From the NCBI GenBank assembly GCA_963827685.1, contig CAWHBU010000004.1, positions 352,001 through 416,000 of the forward strand: a stretch of DNA of 64,000 nt. Direction: 5' to 3'. The notes below the pieces were generated by a model that did no database searches, was not told where the DNA came from, and saw only the letters and a list, made by a program, of their open reading frames with translations. Every line of letters starts with the position of its first letter. Position 1 is the first letter of the stretch. Origin of the DNA: an uncultured delta proteobacterium (GTDB lineage Bacteria; Desulfobacterota; BSN033; UBA1163). This document shows positions 21,007 through 31,153 of the stretch, one piece after another. The position numbers were made by a program, and so were the translations under genes.

Positions 21007-22521
21007 TCAGCTAGGTGCTGCCTGCTTCTTAAAATCTGTTATGGCTGTCTTTAAAAGATTTTCAGTTTCGGGTTTAATCTCGTTATCCGTATTGATTTTT
21101 TTCTGTATTTCAGGATGATTGGTCTCCATAAAGCGGTGGAAGTTCTCTTCCCAGGAGATCACCTTTTCTACCGTCACATCATCAAGATAACCATTGGTGA
21201 CAGCATAAAGAATGCTCGCCTGCTTTCCCAGCGACATCGGGGATTGCGTAGGCTGCTTCAATATTTCAGTAATGCGCCGACCTCGCTCAAGCTGGTCCCT
21301 GGTCGCTTTATCTAATTCCTCACTCCCAAACTTGGCAAAGGCTTCCAACTCGCGAAATTGGGCTAACTCCAATCTAAGCCTACCAGCTACCTGTCTCATC
21401 GCTTTCCTTTGAGCTGAACCACCTACACGGGAGACAGATAATCCCACATTGATCGCCGGACGAATCCCAGCATTGAATAAATCGGGTTCGAGATAAATCT
21501 GCCCATCCGTGATGGAAATGACATTGGTCGGGATGTAAGCTGAAATATCTCCAAGTTGCGTCTCAATGATAGGCAAAGCAGTCAGCGAACCGCCACCGTG
21601 TTCTGGAGCTAATTTGGCGGCCCTCTCGAGAAGGCGGCTATGGAGGTAAAAAATATCTCCAGGATAAGCCTCTCTCCCCGGCGGACGGCGTAACAACAGG
21701 GAAAGCTGGCGGTAAGCCCAGGCATGCTTATAAAGATCGTCATAAAGGATTAAAGCGTCTTTCCCCTGCTCCATAACCTCCTCACCCATCGCACAGCCTG
21801 CATAGGGGGCGATATATTGGAGCGGAGCGGGGTCAGAGGAATCTGCTGCTACGATGATCGTATATTCCATCGCTCCGAACTTCTCCAAAGTCGCTATAGC
21901 CTGAGCCACTTTGGATGTTTTCTGGCCTATGGCGACATAGATGCAAATCAGATTTTGACCCTTCTGAGCGATGATGCTGTCAAGGACAATGGCCGACTTG
22001 CCGGTAAAACGGTCACCGATAATAAGCTCACGCTGGCCCCGGCCAATAGGGATCATACTATCGATTGCCTTAATCCCCGTCATGACGGGTGTATTGACCG
22101 GTGCTCTCTTTGTTACGTCTGGTGCCACTCTCTCTACGGGACGAGTCTTCTCAGCCTTAATGGGTCCCTTACCGTCGAGGGGACGCCCCAGAGGGTCAAC
22201 CACCCTTCCTATGAGAGCGGCTCCAACAGGAACCTCGATGACTCTTCCTGTCGCTTTTACCTCATCCCCCTCTTTGATCTTACTGCAATCGCCGAGGACA
22301 ACAGCACCAACATTATCCTCCTCCAGGTTCAAAGCGAGGCCAGTAATATCATGGGGGAATTGAAGTAATTCATTGTAAGCTGCTTCTCCTAACCCGTGGA
22401 TGCGGGCGATACCATCTCCTACTTCGATCACGGTCCCCACATTCGTTACGGAAACAGCAGCACCGAAACGCTCAATCTGCTCTTTGATTACAGCAACAAT
22501 ATCCTGTTCCCGGGTTGCCAT
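21007..22521 (-). CDS. atpA: ATP synthase alpha
   Basis: [39 protein letters not shown]. Confidence 0.99.
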   Translation of the reverse strand: MATREQDIVAVIKEQIERFGAAVSVTNVGTVIEVGDGIARIHGLGEAAYNELLQFPHDITGLALNLEEDNVGAVVLGDCSKIKEGDEVKATGRVIEVPVGAALIGRVVDPLGRPLDGKGPIKAEKTRPVERVAPDVTKRAPVNTPVMTGIKAIDSMIPIGRGQRELIIGDRFTGKSAIVLDSIIAQKGQNLICIYVAIGQKTSKVAQAIATLEKFGAMEYTIIVAADSSDPAPLQYIAPYAGCAMGEEVMEQGKDALILYDDLYKHAWAYRQLSLLLRRPPGREAYPGDIFYLHSRLLERAAKLAPEHGGGSLTALPIIETQLGDISAYIPTNVISITDGQIYLEPDLFNAGIRPAINVGLSVSRVGGSAQRKAMRQVAGRLRLELAQFRELEAFAKFGSEELDKATRDQLERGRRITEILKQPTQSPMSLGKQASILYAVTNGYLDDVTVEKVISWEENFHRFMETNHPEIQKKINTDNEIKPETENLLKTAITDFKKQAAPS

Positions 22522-22553
22522 CTTAACCCCTCTCTTCTAAATTCGTCGATACC

Positions 22554-23093
22554 TTATCTACCCGCTTCAACCAAACTTTTCCTCAAGGTTTCTAATCTCT
22601 GGCGTATGCTGCCATCGATCAGCGTATCACCAATCCGGGCGATGAATCCCCCGATGATGGAAGGATCGACTTGAGCGTCAATGACTACTTTATGCTCGAC
22701 AATTTCTCCTAGTCGGCGGGAAATTGCCTCCCGATCTTCGTCAATCAAAGGCATTGCTGCGATCACTTCGGCATGTTCAATACCGCGATGAAAATCCAGC
22801 AGTTCGTTATACTGTCGTGATATATCGTTGGCGAGCTTCAATCTACCTTTACTCGTCAGAAGAAGAGCCAGGTTAAAACCCAGCGGGTTTATCTCGCCCA
22901 ATCCCTTTTGCAGAAGACTTCTCTTAGCAGCGAAGGGAAGCCGAGGGTTCTGCAGCAAAGCCAGGAATTCTTCATTGGTCGCCAAATCGGCAATTTTCTT
23001 CAAGCCTTTTTGCCAACTCTCCGATTCATTTCTTTCGAGAGCCAGCTCAAAAGCAGCCTGGGCATAGCGTTTACCGGAACTTTTTCTAGGCAT
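22554..23093 (-). CDS. atpH: ATP synthase delta
   Basis: KRYAQA, VDPSIIGG, IDGSIR. Confidence 0.97.
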   Translation of the reverse strand: MPRKSSGKRYAQAAFELALERNESESWQKGLKKIADLATNEEFLALLQNPRLPFAAKRSLLQKGLGEINPLGFNLALLLTSKGRLKLANDISRQYNELLDFHRGIEHAEVIAAMPLIDEDREAISRRLGEIVEHKVVIDAQVDPSIIGGFIARIGDTLIDGSIRQRLETLRKSLVEAGR

Positions 23094-23101
23094 CTCTCAA
23101 G

Positions 23102-23611
23102 TCAACTTTTCTTGAAAGTAACACTTTCCCGAAGTGTCTCCTCAATCAGCTTACGATGTTTCTCTTTATCCAGGGTCTCTTTGATCACTTTTTCAGCCGC
23201 CGATATGGAAATGTCTACAAACTCCCGGCGCAGATCCCCAACGATTTTATCGCGCTCTGCCTCTAACTCAGCTCGAGTTCGGTAAACGATAGCCTGCGCC
23301 TGTTTTTGCGCCTCCTGTCTCGAGTCTTCTTTCAGTCTTTCTCCGACTTGCATCGCTTGGGTGAGGATGGCTTGTGCTTCTTGGCGCCCCTTCTCGATCT
23401 GTTTTTGCACCTCTACCTTGGCTTGCTCAAATTCTTTCTTTGTTGCCTCAGCCAGTTCCATTGCGTCCTTTGTCCTTTTCGCTCTCTCGTCAAGCATCTT
23501 CATCACCGGTTTGTACAAGAAGAGGCGTAATAGAACAAAGAGGACAATGAAATTGATAACAAAAGCGACCAACAGTGGTAAATTAACACCTAGACTGGCG
23601 AAGCCTCCCAT
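23102..23611 (-). CDS. atpF: ATP synthase subunit b
   Basis: N-terminal TM, LYKPVMKMLDER, long coiled coil. Confidence 0.97.
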   Translation of the reverse strand: MGGFASLGVNLPLLVAFVINFIVLFVLLRLFLYKPVMKMLDERAKRTKDAMELAEATKKEFEQAKVEVQKQIEKGRQEAQAILTQAMQVGERLKEDSRQEAQKQAQAIVYRTRAELEAERDKIVGDLRREFVDISISAAEKVIKETLDKEKHRKLIEETLRESVTFKKS

Positions 23612-23643
23612 GTTGCCCCCTTCAACTTTGTATTAATAGCAGA

Positions 23644-23757
23644 CTAAACTCCTGGTCGCAGGACCAAAAACATAGCTAGCCCAGCGAGAGAGAATACTGC
23701 TATGATTATGGCAATAATAATTGCTGCTAAACTTGCGGGTAATCCTCCCTCTCCCAT
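23644..23757 (-). CDS. Unannotated 37-aa single-pass membrane microprotein inside the atp operon
   Basis: MGEGGLPASLAAIIIAIIIAVFSLAGLAMFLVLRPGV; RBS TAAGGAGGT overlaps the atpE stop; fills the atpE-atpF gap. Confidence 0.75.
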   Translation of the reverse strand: MGEGGLPASLAAIIIAIIIAVFSLAGLAMFLVLRPGV

Positions 23758-23768
23758 CGTACACCTCC

Positions 23769-24002
<234 letters not shown>

Positions 24003-24024
24003 TTATAACCCTCCTTTCCTCTTT

Positions 24025-24969
24025 TTATTCTGATTCTTCATGCGGAGATACAGCAATCGTGCCAAATACAAGGGTTAAACCGGAAAAGATAAGAGCTTGG
24101 ATAAGACCAATCAGTAATTCCAACCCATAAAAGGGGATGGTGAATACGAGAGGAATAAGAAAACAGGATACTAAGATCAATATCTCACCGGCAGTCATAT
24201 TGCCAAAGAGACGGAAGGTGAAACTGAGCATGCGGATGAGATGGCTGAATATCTCTAATACACCGACGAATAAACTGATGAACCCGAAAGCAATGTTCAT
24301 CACGGCCTGGCCTATCTTGCCTGTAAATAACTCTTTAAGCCCTTGTACCATCTGGCGGACATTGATGAACTCGCCGATGTAATGAGAAGCTCCCAAGGCC
24401 CTCATTCCCCAGCTTTCAACGAAGATGAAGGACATAATGGCGATGGAAAGGGGGACGTTCACGTCCGTGTTGGCTGCACGAAATAAAGGTGCAAATTTGC
24501 CATCATGCTCGATGACCCCTATGGAGCCAAAAAAGGGGAAGAGGGCCAGGTAAGCGTTGGATATAACGTAGATGAAGATCGTGGCCACTCCAGGGAAGAG
24601 CATCCTGGCATGTTTTTTACCGGCTACGCTTTCAACGAAGTTCAACAATCCTTCTACGATCGCTTCTGCCATAGCTTGACGTTTGCCAGGAATAAGTTTC
24701 ATCTTGCGGGTAAGGAGGATAGACAAACCTACCAGTACGATCATAGTAAGCCAAGAAGCAATGAGAGTGTTCGTCACAGCGAAGTGACCGATATGAACGA
24801 CTGGCTCCGAAGGAAGCTCAACAGTTGGCCTGGGGACTTGGAAGATGGCAGGGGGTTTCATCCCCAAAAAACTGGATCCGAGAGGGCCAAAAACCAAGCC
24901 AACGCCAAAGAGAACTAGAACTGGGATAAAGAAAAAGACCAAGATTTTGAGGCGACCACTAAGCTTCAT
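24025..24969 (-). CDS. atpB: ATP synthase subunit a, with N-terminal extension
   Basis: RMLSFTFRLFGNMTAGE, LIQALIF. Confidence 0.97.
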   Translation of the reverse strand: MKLSGRLKILVFFFIPVLVLFGVGLVFGPLGSSFLGMKPPAIFQVPRPTVELPSEPVVHIGHFAVTNTLIASWLTMIVLVGLSILLTRKMKLIPGKRQAMAEAIVEGLLNFVESVAGKKHARMLFPGVATIFIYVISNAYLALFPFFGSIGVIEHDGKFAPLFRAANTDVNVPLSIAIMSFIFVESWGMRALGASHYIGEFINVRQMVQGLKELFTGKIGQAVMNIAFGFISLFVGVLEIFSHLIRMLSFTFRLFGNMTAGEILILVSCFLIPLVFTIPFYGLELLIGLIQALIFSGLTLVFGTIAVSPHEESE

Positions 24970-25205
24970 TTCTTATTTTTTCTCTGTTCTTCTTGCTCAG
25001 CCTGATAGCGGATGAGCATGCGAAATAAACCAAAGAAAGCAATGACTGTCCCAACACCAAGACCGATAAAAGTAAATAAGGGACGCTTATTAAAAACCGC
25101 AGGACGATCCAGCCAATAGCCAATCCCCACTGGGATGAGCAGGCTCAATGCCACATACCAACCCACTGTAAGTAAGAATTGAAGTGGTCTTACCCACTCT
25201 TTCAG
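24966..25205 (-). CDS. atpZ: AtpZ/AtpI family (ATPase gene 1) protein, probable CTG start
   Basis: GIGYWLD...PLFTFIGLGVG; AGGAGG precedes an in-frame CTG at 25205; alternative GTG at 25166. Confidence 0.8.
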   Translation of the reverse strand: MKEWVRPLQFLLTVGWYVALSLLIPVGIGYWLDRPAVFNKRPLFTFIGLGVGTVIAFFGLFRMLIRYQAEQEEQRKNKK

Positions 25206-25296
25206 AGGACCCTCCTGGTGGGATGAGGCGGATAGAAATTTGCTCTCTTTTCACATGAGCACTGATATAAAAGGATTAATATCATCGAGCAATTAA

Positions 25297-25342
25297 TTGT
25301 GAATTAGTTAACATATAACAAAAAGGTTGTCAATAATTTTTT
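25297..25342 (-). promoter_or_regulatory. atp operon promoter with Rex-like operator
   Basis: TTGACA on minus (25342-25337); TTGTGAA-TTAG-TTAACAT (25297-25314) has 2 mismatches to TTGTGAANNNNTTCACAA. Confidence 0.55.
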
Positions 25343-25355
25343 TTATTTAGTGATT

Positions 25356-25802
25356 TCAACTAGATAATGGATTATCTTTTTTTTGGGAGGAGAGGCCAAG
25401 ATTATCCTCTTTCTTATCAGGAGAACCCTTCATCTTACAATGGCCTTCAAGGATTCCACCCTCATTAATGATAAGGATCGGGGTGGATAGGGTTCCCAAG
25501 ACTTTACCTGTGGAATGGATTTCCACCCGTGCCTTGGCAATGACATCCCCTTCCACCAAGCCGTTGATGATGATCGTATTGAGTACAATCTTCCCTTTGA
25601 CGATCGCTGTTTCACCCACGATTAATGTTCCGCTTTCGAGGATCTCCCCTTCAAATTTTCCATCCAGACGGAATACGCCTTCAAAGGTCATCTTCCCCTC
25701 AAAGAGGGTCTCCTTTCCCAGATAAGCACTAATTTCCTCCGAGGTGGGTGGAGGGGCGGTGTTGCCACTGCTTTTAGAGAATATCGATTTTCCTCCTGAC
25801 AT
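25356..25802 (-). CDS. Bactofilin (polymer-forming cytoskeletal protein)
   Basis: FEGKMTFEGVFRLDGKFEGEI...LEGHCKM beta-helix repeats; downstream of parB. Confidence 0.92.
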   Translation of the reverse strand: MSGGKSIFSKSSGNTAPPPTSEEISAYLGKETLFEGKMTFEGVFRLDGKFEGEILESGTLIVGETAIVKGKIVLNTIIINGLVEGDVIAKARVEIHSTGKVLGTLSTPILIINEGGILEGHCKMKGSPDKKEDNLGLSSQKKDNPLSS

Positions 25803-25821
25803 GGGTCGCTCCTTTCATTAA

Positions 25822-25910
25822 CGCATAGCGCTAAGCGCAGAGCGCATAGCAGAAAGATTTCTTAAAAGTAATAGGTTTTACACTTTGCGCCATGCACTAT
25901 GCTCTATGCG
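25822..25910. repeat. Inverted arrays of 7-mer tandem repeats
   Basis: CGCATAG CGCTAAG CGCAGAG CGCATAG ... CTTTGCG CCATGCA CTATGCT CTATGCG. Confidence 0.8.
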
Positions 25911-26770
25911 ATTTTTCCAAGGATCGCTTCAACAATCCTTTCCAAATCTTCATGGGAATAGTATTCAATCTCTATCTTTCCTTTTTTATCTTTTGAGGTG
26001 ATAACGACTTTTGTCCCCAAATATTTCCTCAAAGAATCCTGCAAGCTGCCAAGTTGGCTTTCCAAGTCACTTCTTTTTTTGACCGGAGTGATTGACTTCT
26101 TAGGTTTCTCTGACCATCGTCTCGCGATGACTTCAGCCTCTCTCACCGAAAGGCCCTTCTTGATAATCAGGCTACAGAGTTCCTTCTGCTTCTCCTTGTT
26201 CTCGAGGCTGAGGATGGCTCTGGCATGTCCAGAAGTGATGCGATTTTGCAGGAGTTGATTTCTTACTTCCAATGGGAGCTTTAAAAGGCGCAGGGTATTG
26301 GTGATGGTCGTTCGATCCTTGCCCAACCGTTTACTCAGATCCTCTTGGCTGATATCGAACTCTGCTATCAAATGTTTGAAAGCCTCAGCTGCCTCAATCG
26401 GGTTGAGGTCCTCCCTCTGAAGGTTTTCAATGAGAGAGATTTCCAAAGCCTCTCTCCCTTCGACCTCTTTTACTAATGCGGGAACTTCTTTCAGCCCTGC
26501 CTTTTGAGCAGCTCGCCAGCGACGTTCTCCAACGATGAGTTCATAACCCTGATCAGTCCTCCGTACGATGAGAGGTTCCAGAATGCCTTTCTCTTTGATA
26601 GACTCTGCCAATTCTTGAATTTTTGATTCGTCAAAATGCTTTCTGGGCTGAGATCGATTGGGGATGATCTCCTCAATGCCGCAATAGAAGAGTGTTTTTG
26701 GTTCCGCCTGCCCAAATTCTGGGAGAAGCGCTCCCAAACCCTTTCCTAAAGCCATTCTCTTAGTTGTCAT
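25904..26770 (-). CDS. parB: Chromosome partitioning protein ParB
   Basis: ALGKGLGAL, QPRKHF, GERRWRA, ENLQREDLNPIE, HTH. Confidence 0.97.
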   Translation of the reverse strand: MTTKRMALGKGLGALLPEFGQAEPKTLFYCGIEEIIPNRSQPRKHFDESKIQELAESIKEKGILEPLIVRRTDQGYELIVGERRWRAAQKAGLKEVPALVKEVEGREALEISLIENLQREDLNPIEAAEAFKHLIAEFDISQEDLSKRLGKDRTTITNTLRLLKLPLEVRNQLLQNRITSGHARAILSLENKEKQKELCSLIIKKGLSVREAEVIARRWSEKPKKSITPVKKRSDLESQLGSLQDSLRKYLGTKVVITSKDKKGKIEIEYYSHEDLERIVEAILGKIA

Positions 26771-27539
26771 CGATTTTTCCATTTATCATGATTTCTCTGG
26801 CTAGGTTCAAATAACTTTCCGCACCCTTTGAATGAATATCGTACAAGAGGACAGGTTTCCCATAGCTGGGAGCTTCGCTCAGTCGGATATTTCGCGGGAT
26901 GATTGTCGTGAATACCTTGTCTCTGAAATGATTTCTCACTTCTTCGGCAACTTGGTGAGAAAGGTTATTCCGGCTGTCGAACATGGTGAGCAGAATTCCC
27001 TCAATCTCCAATTTTGGATTGAGAGACTGTTTAATCAAGCGTATCGTCTTCAGAAGTTGACCCAACCCTTCCAGGGCGTAGTATTCACACTGCAAAGGAA
27101 TGATGACGGAGTGGGCGGCTGTCAGGGAGTTAATGGTCAGCAGGCCCAATGAAGGAGGGCAATCAATAAAAATATAATCGTAGTCGGCCTCGACTTCTTT
27201 AATCAGGTTCTCCAACTTTTTCTCGCGATCTTTTTCCTGGATCAGTTCTACTTCTGCACCGATCAAATCAGTATTGGAAATAACCACATCCAAGTAAGCA
27301 AGGGAGGTCTTTTGGATCATTCCCTTCAGACCCGAACCTCGAAGCAGGGCCTGATAGATGGTTCCGTTGGCCCCTTCTTTGTTGAGACCGACGCCACTCG
27401 TTGAATTTCCCTGGGGGTCAATGTCGATGAGGAGAACTTTTCTCTCTGCGGCAGCGATGGAGGCGGTAAGATTGACTGCCGTTGTTGTTTTCCCCACCCC
27501 TCCTTTTTGATTGGCAATACAGATGACTCTTGCCACCAT
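26760..27539 (-). CDS. parA: Chromosome partitioning ATPase ParA/Soj
   Basis: NQKGGVGKTT, DIDPQGN, DCPPSLG, LSEAPSYG. Confidence 0.97.
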   Translation of the reverse strand: MVARVICIANQKGGVGKTTTAVNLTASIAAAERKVLLIDIDPQGNSTSGVGLNKEGANGTIYQALLRGSGLKGMIQKTSLAYLDVVISNTDLIGAEVELIQEKDREKKLENLIKEVEADYDYIFIDCPPSLGLLTINSLTAAHSVIIPLQCEYYALEGLGQLLKTIRLIKQSLNPKLEIEGILLTMFDSRNNLSHQVAEEVRNHFRDKVFTTIIPRNIRLSEAPSYGKPVLLYDIHSKGAESYLNLAREIMINGKIDDN

Positions 27540-27558
27540 CGCAAATCCTATGGAACGT

Positions 27559-27704
27559 TGGCGTATTGGAATAATGGAATAGTGTCTAAGATCTCAAGAA
27601 TGCCTATGTCGATTTCCAGCATCGCTCTAAGTTAAACCAATAATCCCTAAGACCGAACCAGACCCGATATTCGGTTATTGCACTATTCCACTACGCCATT
27701 ATTC
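27559..27704. repeat. Inverted arrays of 8-mer repeats
   Basis: TGGCGTAT TGGAATAA TGGAATAG ... CTATTCCA CTACGCCA TTATTC. Confidence 0.65.
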
Positions 27705-27751
27705 TGATTGTTGTTTATAGCATAAAAAAGGGATGAATGAAAAGGTAAAAA

Positions 27752-28408
27752 TCATATCTTTTCAAACAGGAGAATTGTTCTTTTGAATGAACTGAAAGGA
27801 AGGATCAGGGGGACGGCCTTTTTCAATCGGTATCGGGTTCCTTCTGTTTCAGTGAGAAGTCTAATTTCTTTATCATCCACCTCACCTTTCATGGCTATGA
27901 CTGTTCCTTCTTCTTTTAAGAAAGGCAAACTCAGGACGAGAAAGGTTCGAAGATCGGAAAAAGCTCTTGAGAGGACGATATCAAATCTTCTTCCCAAGCT
28001 CTGGAGGATTCCCTTATCTTGAACACGGCCATGAATCGCTTCCGTTCCTTTTAAACCGAGCATTCGGATGATGTGTCTTTGGAAATCGACTTTTTTACGA
28101 ACAGAGTCAATCAAAGTCATCTCAAGGGTGGGTTGCACGATTTTTAGGGGAATGCCGGGGAAGCCTGCCCCTGACCCAATGTCCAAGATAGAGGAATGTT
28201 TGGGGAGATAAGGGTTGACAGAGAGGGAATCGAGAAAATGTTTTAGAACAATTCCTTTCTCTGATCGGACGCCAGTGAGATTGATCTTTTGATTCCATTT
28301 GAGGAGTTCTTTAAGGTAGAGATCGAAGGCTCCAATCGCTTTTCCATCTAAATAAATTCCGAAAGCCTTTGCCCCTTCTATAAGAAGATTTTTGTTTTCG
28401 GCCTCCAT
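27752..28408 (-). CDS. rsmG: 16S rRNA m7G527 methyltransferase
   Basis: WNQKINLT, HFLDSL, DIGSGAGFPG, SRAF, MKG. Confidence 0.96.
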   Translation of the reverse strand: MEAENKNLLIEGAKAFGIYLDGKAIGAFDLYLKELLKWNQKINLTGVRSEKGIVLKHFLDSLSVNPYLPKHSSILDIGSGAGFPGIPLKIVQPTLEMTLIDSVRKKVDFQRHIIRMLGLKGTEAIHGRVQDKGILQSLGRRFDIVLSRAFSDLRTFLVLSLPFLKEEGTVIAMKGEVDDKEIRLLTETEGTRYRLKKAVPLILPFSSFKRTILLFEKI

Positions 28409-28561
28409 TGAAAAACACATATCATAAAAACGCCTCTTTGGCTACAATCCGAGCCTCTAAATTTTGCGAATTCTTTCTTATTGATTTGTGAGTACAAATT
28501 TATTAAAGTTTTATTACTAAACATAGTCAACCTCAATGGATGAGGGGGAGAAAGGAGTGCC

Positions 28562-29278
28562 ATGATGATCGGTCAAATATTGATAGTGAGTATGGTTATC
28601 TTGCTCACCGCATTACCCGCGTCAGCCCAGTTGGACAGAATGTTCAGAGGCCTCGGAGGTGGTGAGAAGAGCGGACTGAGCGATGCAAAGATCGGTTCTG
28701 GTCTGAAAGAAGCGTTGCAGATAGGGACTGAAAACGCTGTCAATTTCACCGGAAAGAAAGATGGATACTTTATGAATCAGGTGATCAAGATTCTGATGCC
28801 AGAAAAACTGAGGACTTTTGAAAAAGGTTTGAGGGCTGTAGGCTATGGCCCGGAGGTGGATGAGTTCGTTCTGAGCATGAATCGCGCCGCCGAGAAAGCA
28901 GCTCCGTTTGCCAAACAAATCTTCTGGGATGCTATTGGAGAGATGACTTTTGATGACGTAAAAAAAATCCTTTCGGGCAATGATACCGCAGCTACCGATT
29001 ATTTCAAAGGTAGAACCACCAATAGACTCACAGACGTATTCAAACCAACCGTCGACAAGGCGATGAATGAGGTTGGTGTAACCCGGCAATACAAGGAGCT
29101 GGTAGGACGCTATGAGAACATCCCCTTTGTCAAGAAGGAAAGTTTTGACCTCGACCACTATGTCGTGACCAAGGCGCTTGATGGGTTGTTCCATATGGTG
29201 GGCGAGGAGGAGAAGAAGATCCGTAAAAATCCAGCCGCACGGACCACCGAACTCCTGAAAGAGGTTTTTGGGAAGTAA
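28562..29278 (+). CDS. DUF4197 family exported protein
   Basis: [36 protein letters not shown]. Confidence 0.9.
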   Translation: MMIGQILIVSMVILLTALPASAQLDRMFRGLGGGEKSGLSDAKIGSGLKEALQIGTENAVNFTGKKDGYFMNQVIKILMPEKLRTFEKGLRAVGYGPEVDEFVLSMNRAAEKAAPFAKQIFWDAIGEMTFDDVKKILSGNDTAATDYFKGRTTNRLTDVFKPTVDKAMNEVGVTRQYKELVGRYENIPFVKKESFDLDHYVVTKALDGLFHMVGEEEKKIRKNPAARTTELLKEVFGK

Positions 29279-29313
29279 ATCGCAATATCTTGAAGCCAAC
29301 AAACAGAAAGTAT

Positions 29314-29345
29314 AAAGGGACGGGGATCTTCCCCGCCCCTTTTTT
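29314..29345 (+). terminator. Intrinsic terminator
   Basis: GGGACGGGGA-TCT-TCCCCGCCCC followed by a T run. Confidence 0.8.
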
Positions 29346-29406
29346 ATTTTTCCAACCATTTCTTTTTTTGACCGCTAAAGCGCTTTTCTGTTACAATGCC
29401 CCCCAT

Positions 29407-29507
29407 GCACCACGTCATGAACCACGTGGGGTTCATGATTAGTCCTGAACTCAACGAAGTTCAGGACAGGGTGCAAGGCTGCCCTGAACATTATATGATT
29501 TAGGGCC
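29407..29507. repeat. Multi-hairpin palindromic element in the radA leader
   Basis: TGCACC...GGTGCA enclosing TCATGAAC/GTTCATGA and TCCTGAACT/AGTTCAGGA, then GCCCTGAA/TTTAGGGC. Confidence 0.6.
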
Positions 29508-29540
29508 TGCCTTTCCAACCAAGGCAGAATGGAGCGTTTT

Positions 29541-30905
29541 ATGACCAAAGCCAAGACACATTTTGTATGTCAGTCCTGCGGATACCAAGCTCCAAAATGG
29601 TTGGGAAGGTGTCCGGGATGCCAGGAATGGAACACTTTCGTTGAAGAGCGAGTCATTGAAGAAAAGGTTCCGGAACGGGACCTCCTCGGTTTTGAAAGCG
29701 AGGCTGTTCCGACTCCTCTCACCGAAATTGTGGGTGAAGAGAGAGGAAGATTTCAGAGCGGGATTGAAGAATTTGACCGGGTCTTGGGAGGAGGGATCGT
29801 TTTTGGGTCGGTGATTTTGGTCGGAGGCGATCCAGGTATTGGGAAGTCCACCCTTCTTCTTCAGGTGATGAACCGCTTAGCATCAAAGGGGAAAAAAGTC
29901 CTTTACATCTCAGGAGAAGAATCCCTCCAGCAGACCAAGATGAGGGCAGATCGGTTAGGCGTTTCTTCAGAACACCTCCTTGTAGCCTCAGAGACATCTT
30001 TAGAAAAAATTCTCCAAGACATCCAAGCGCTCAGGCCTTCGACTGTGGTGGTCGATTCCATTCAGACGATTTATTCCTCCGAACTTCCTTCAACACCCGG
30101 ATCGATCAGTCAGGTCAGGGAGGCGTCGAGCCGGTTGCTCTATCTGGCGAAGCATCTCTCCATTCCCATCTTTCTTGTCGGTCATGTGACCAAGGAGGGT
30201 TTTATTGCAGGGCCAAAAGTTTTGGAGCACATGGTCGATACAGTTCTTTACATCGAAGGGGAATCCACTCACGCTTTTCGCATCTTGAGGGCGGTCAAGA
30301 ATCGTTTTGGTTCCACCAATGAGATCGGAGTCTTTGAGATGAAGGATTCTGGATTGGTGGAAGTCACAAGCCCTTCTGAGTTCTTCCTTTCTGAGCGGAC
30401 CCAACCCACCTCTGGGTCCGTCGTCGTGCCCAGCCTGGAAGGTTCGAGGCCCATCTTGATTGAGCTTCAAGCCCTGGTCGTTCCCACAAACTTTGGTATG
30501 CCACGGAGAACAGCCGAGGGCGTAGATGCCAACCGCGTATCCCTTCTCGTTGCCGTCATGGAGAAGAGATTAGGGGTTCACCTCAATAATCAGGACATTT
30601 TTCTTAACATCGCTGGGGGAATGAAGGTGGAAGAGCCTGCCGCTGATTTAGGAGTGATCGCTGCCATCGCCTCAAATTTTAAGGATAAAGTGATCGATCC
30701 AGAAATGGTGGTCTTTGGAGAAGTGGGGTTGGGAGGAGAGGTGAGAGGCGTCAACCAATCAGAGGTCAGAGTAAAAGAAGCATCGAGGTTGGGATTTAAA
30801 GGGTGCCTTTTGCCGAAGCAGAATCAAGAAAAGATCAAAGGAGCCAAGGGCATTGAATTGATCGGGGTCAACTCCATTCAGGAAGCGATGAAGGCACTGT
30901 TTTAG
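29541..30905 (+). CDS. radA: DNA repair protein RadA/Sms
   Basis: C4 zinc finger, GDPGIGKSTLL, KNRFG. Confidence 0.98.
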   Translation: MTKAKTHFVCQSCGYQAPKWLGRCPGCQEWNTFVEERVIEEKVPERDLLGFESEAVPTPLTEIVGEERGRFQSGIEEFDRVLGGGIVFGSVILVGGDPGIGKSTLLLQVMNRLASKGKKVLYISGEESLQQTKMRADRLGVSSEHLLVASETSLEKILQDIQALRPSTVVVDSIQTIYSSELPSTPGSISQVREASSRLLYLAKHLSIPIFLVGHVTKEGFIAGPKVLEHMVDTVLYIEGESTHAFRILRAVKNRFGSTNEIGVFEMKDSGLVEVTSPSEFFLSERTQPTSGSVVVPSLEGSRPILIELQALVVPTNFGMPRRTAEGVDANRVSLLVAVMEKRLGVHLNNQDIFLNIAGGMKVEEPAADLGVIAAIASNFKDKVIDPEMVVFGEVGLGGEVRGVNQSEVRVKEASRLGFKGCLLPKQNQEKIKGAKGIELIGVNSIQEAMKALF

Positions 30906-30963
30906 AAGATCCGTGTAAAATTAGCATTGCAAAATGAGCGTTGAAAAATAAGATCAACGACAT

Positions 30964-31108
30964 AAACTTGATGGTTTCTTAAGAAGTCGTCATTCCCGTG
31001 AAAACGGGAATCCAGGGGAAATCTATATAGCTAAAAAGACTGGATTCCTGCCTGCGCAGGAATGGCAGAAAATGGCTTTTTCGGATGTTTTACGAGTCCA
31101 TCAAATTT
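30964..31108. mobile_element. MITE-like element carrying an inner REP pair
   Basis: Ends AAACTTGATGG / CCATCAAATTT; inner GTCATTCCCGTGAAAACGGGAATCCAG ... CTGGATTCCTGCCTGCGCAGGAATGGC. Confidence 0.65.
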
Positions 31109-31153
31109 GATATGACAATTGTTAGTTTTGCAGTCTACAGTGAGGTTTAGGTG

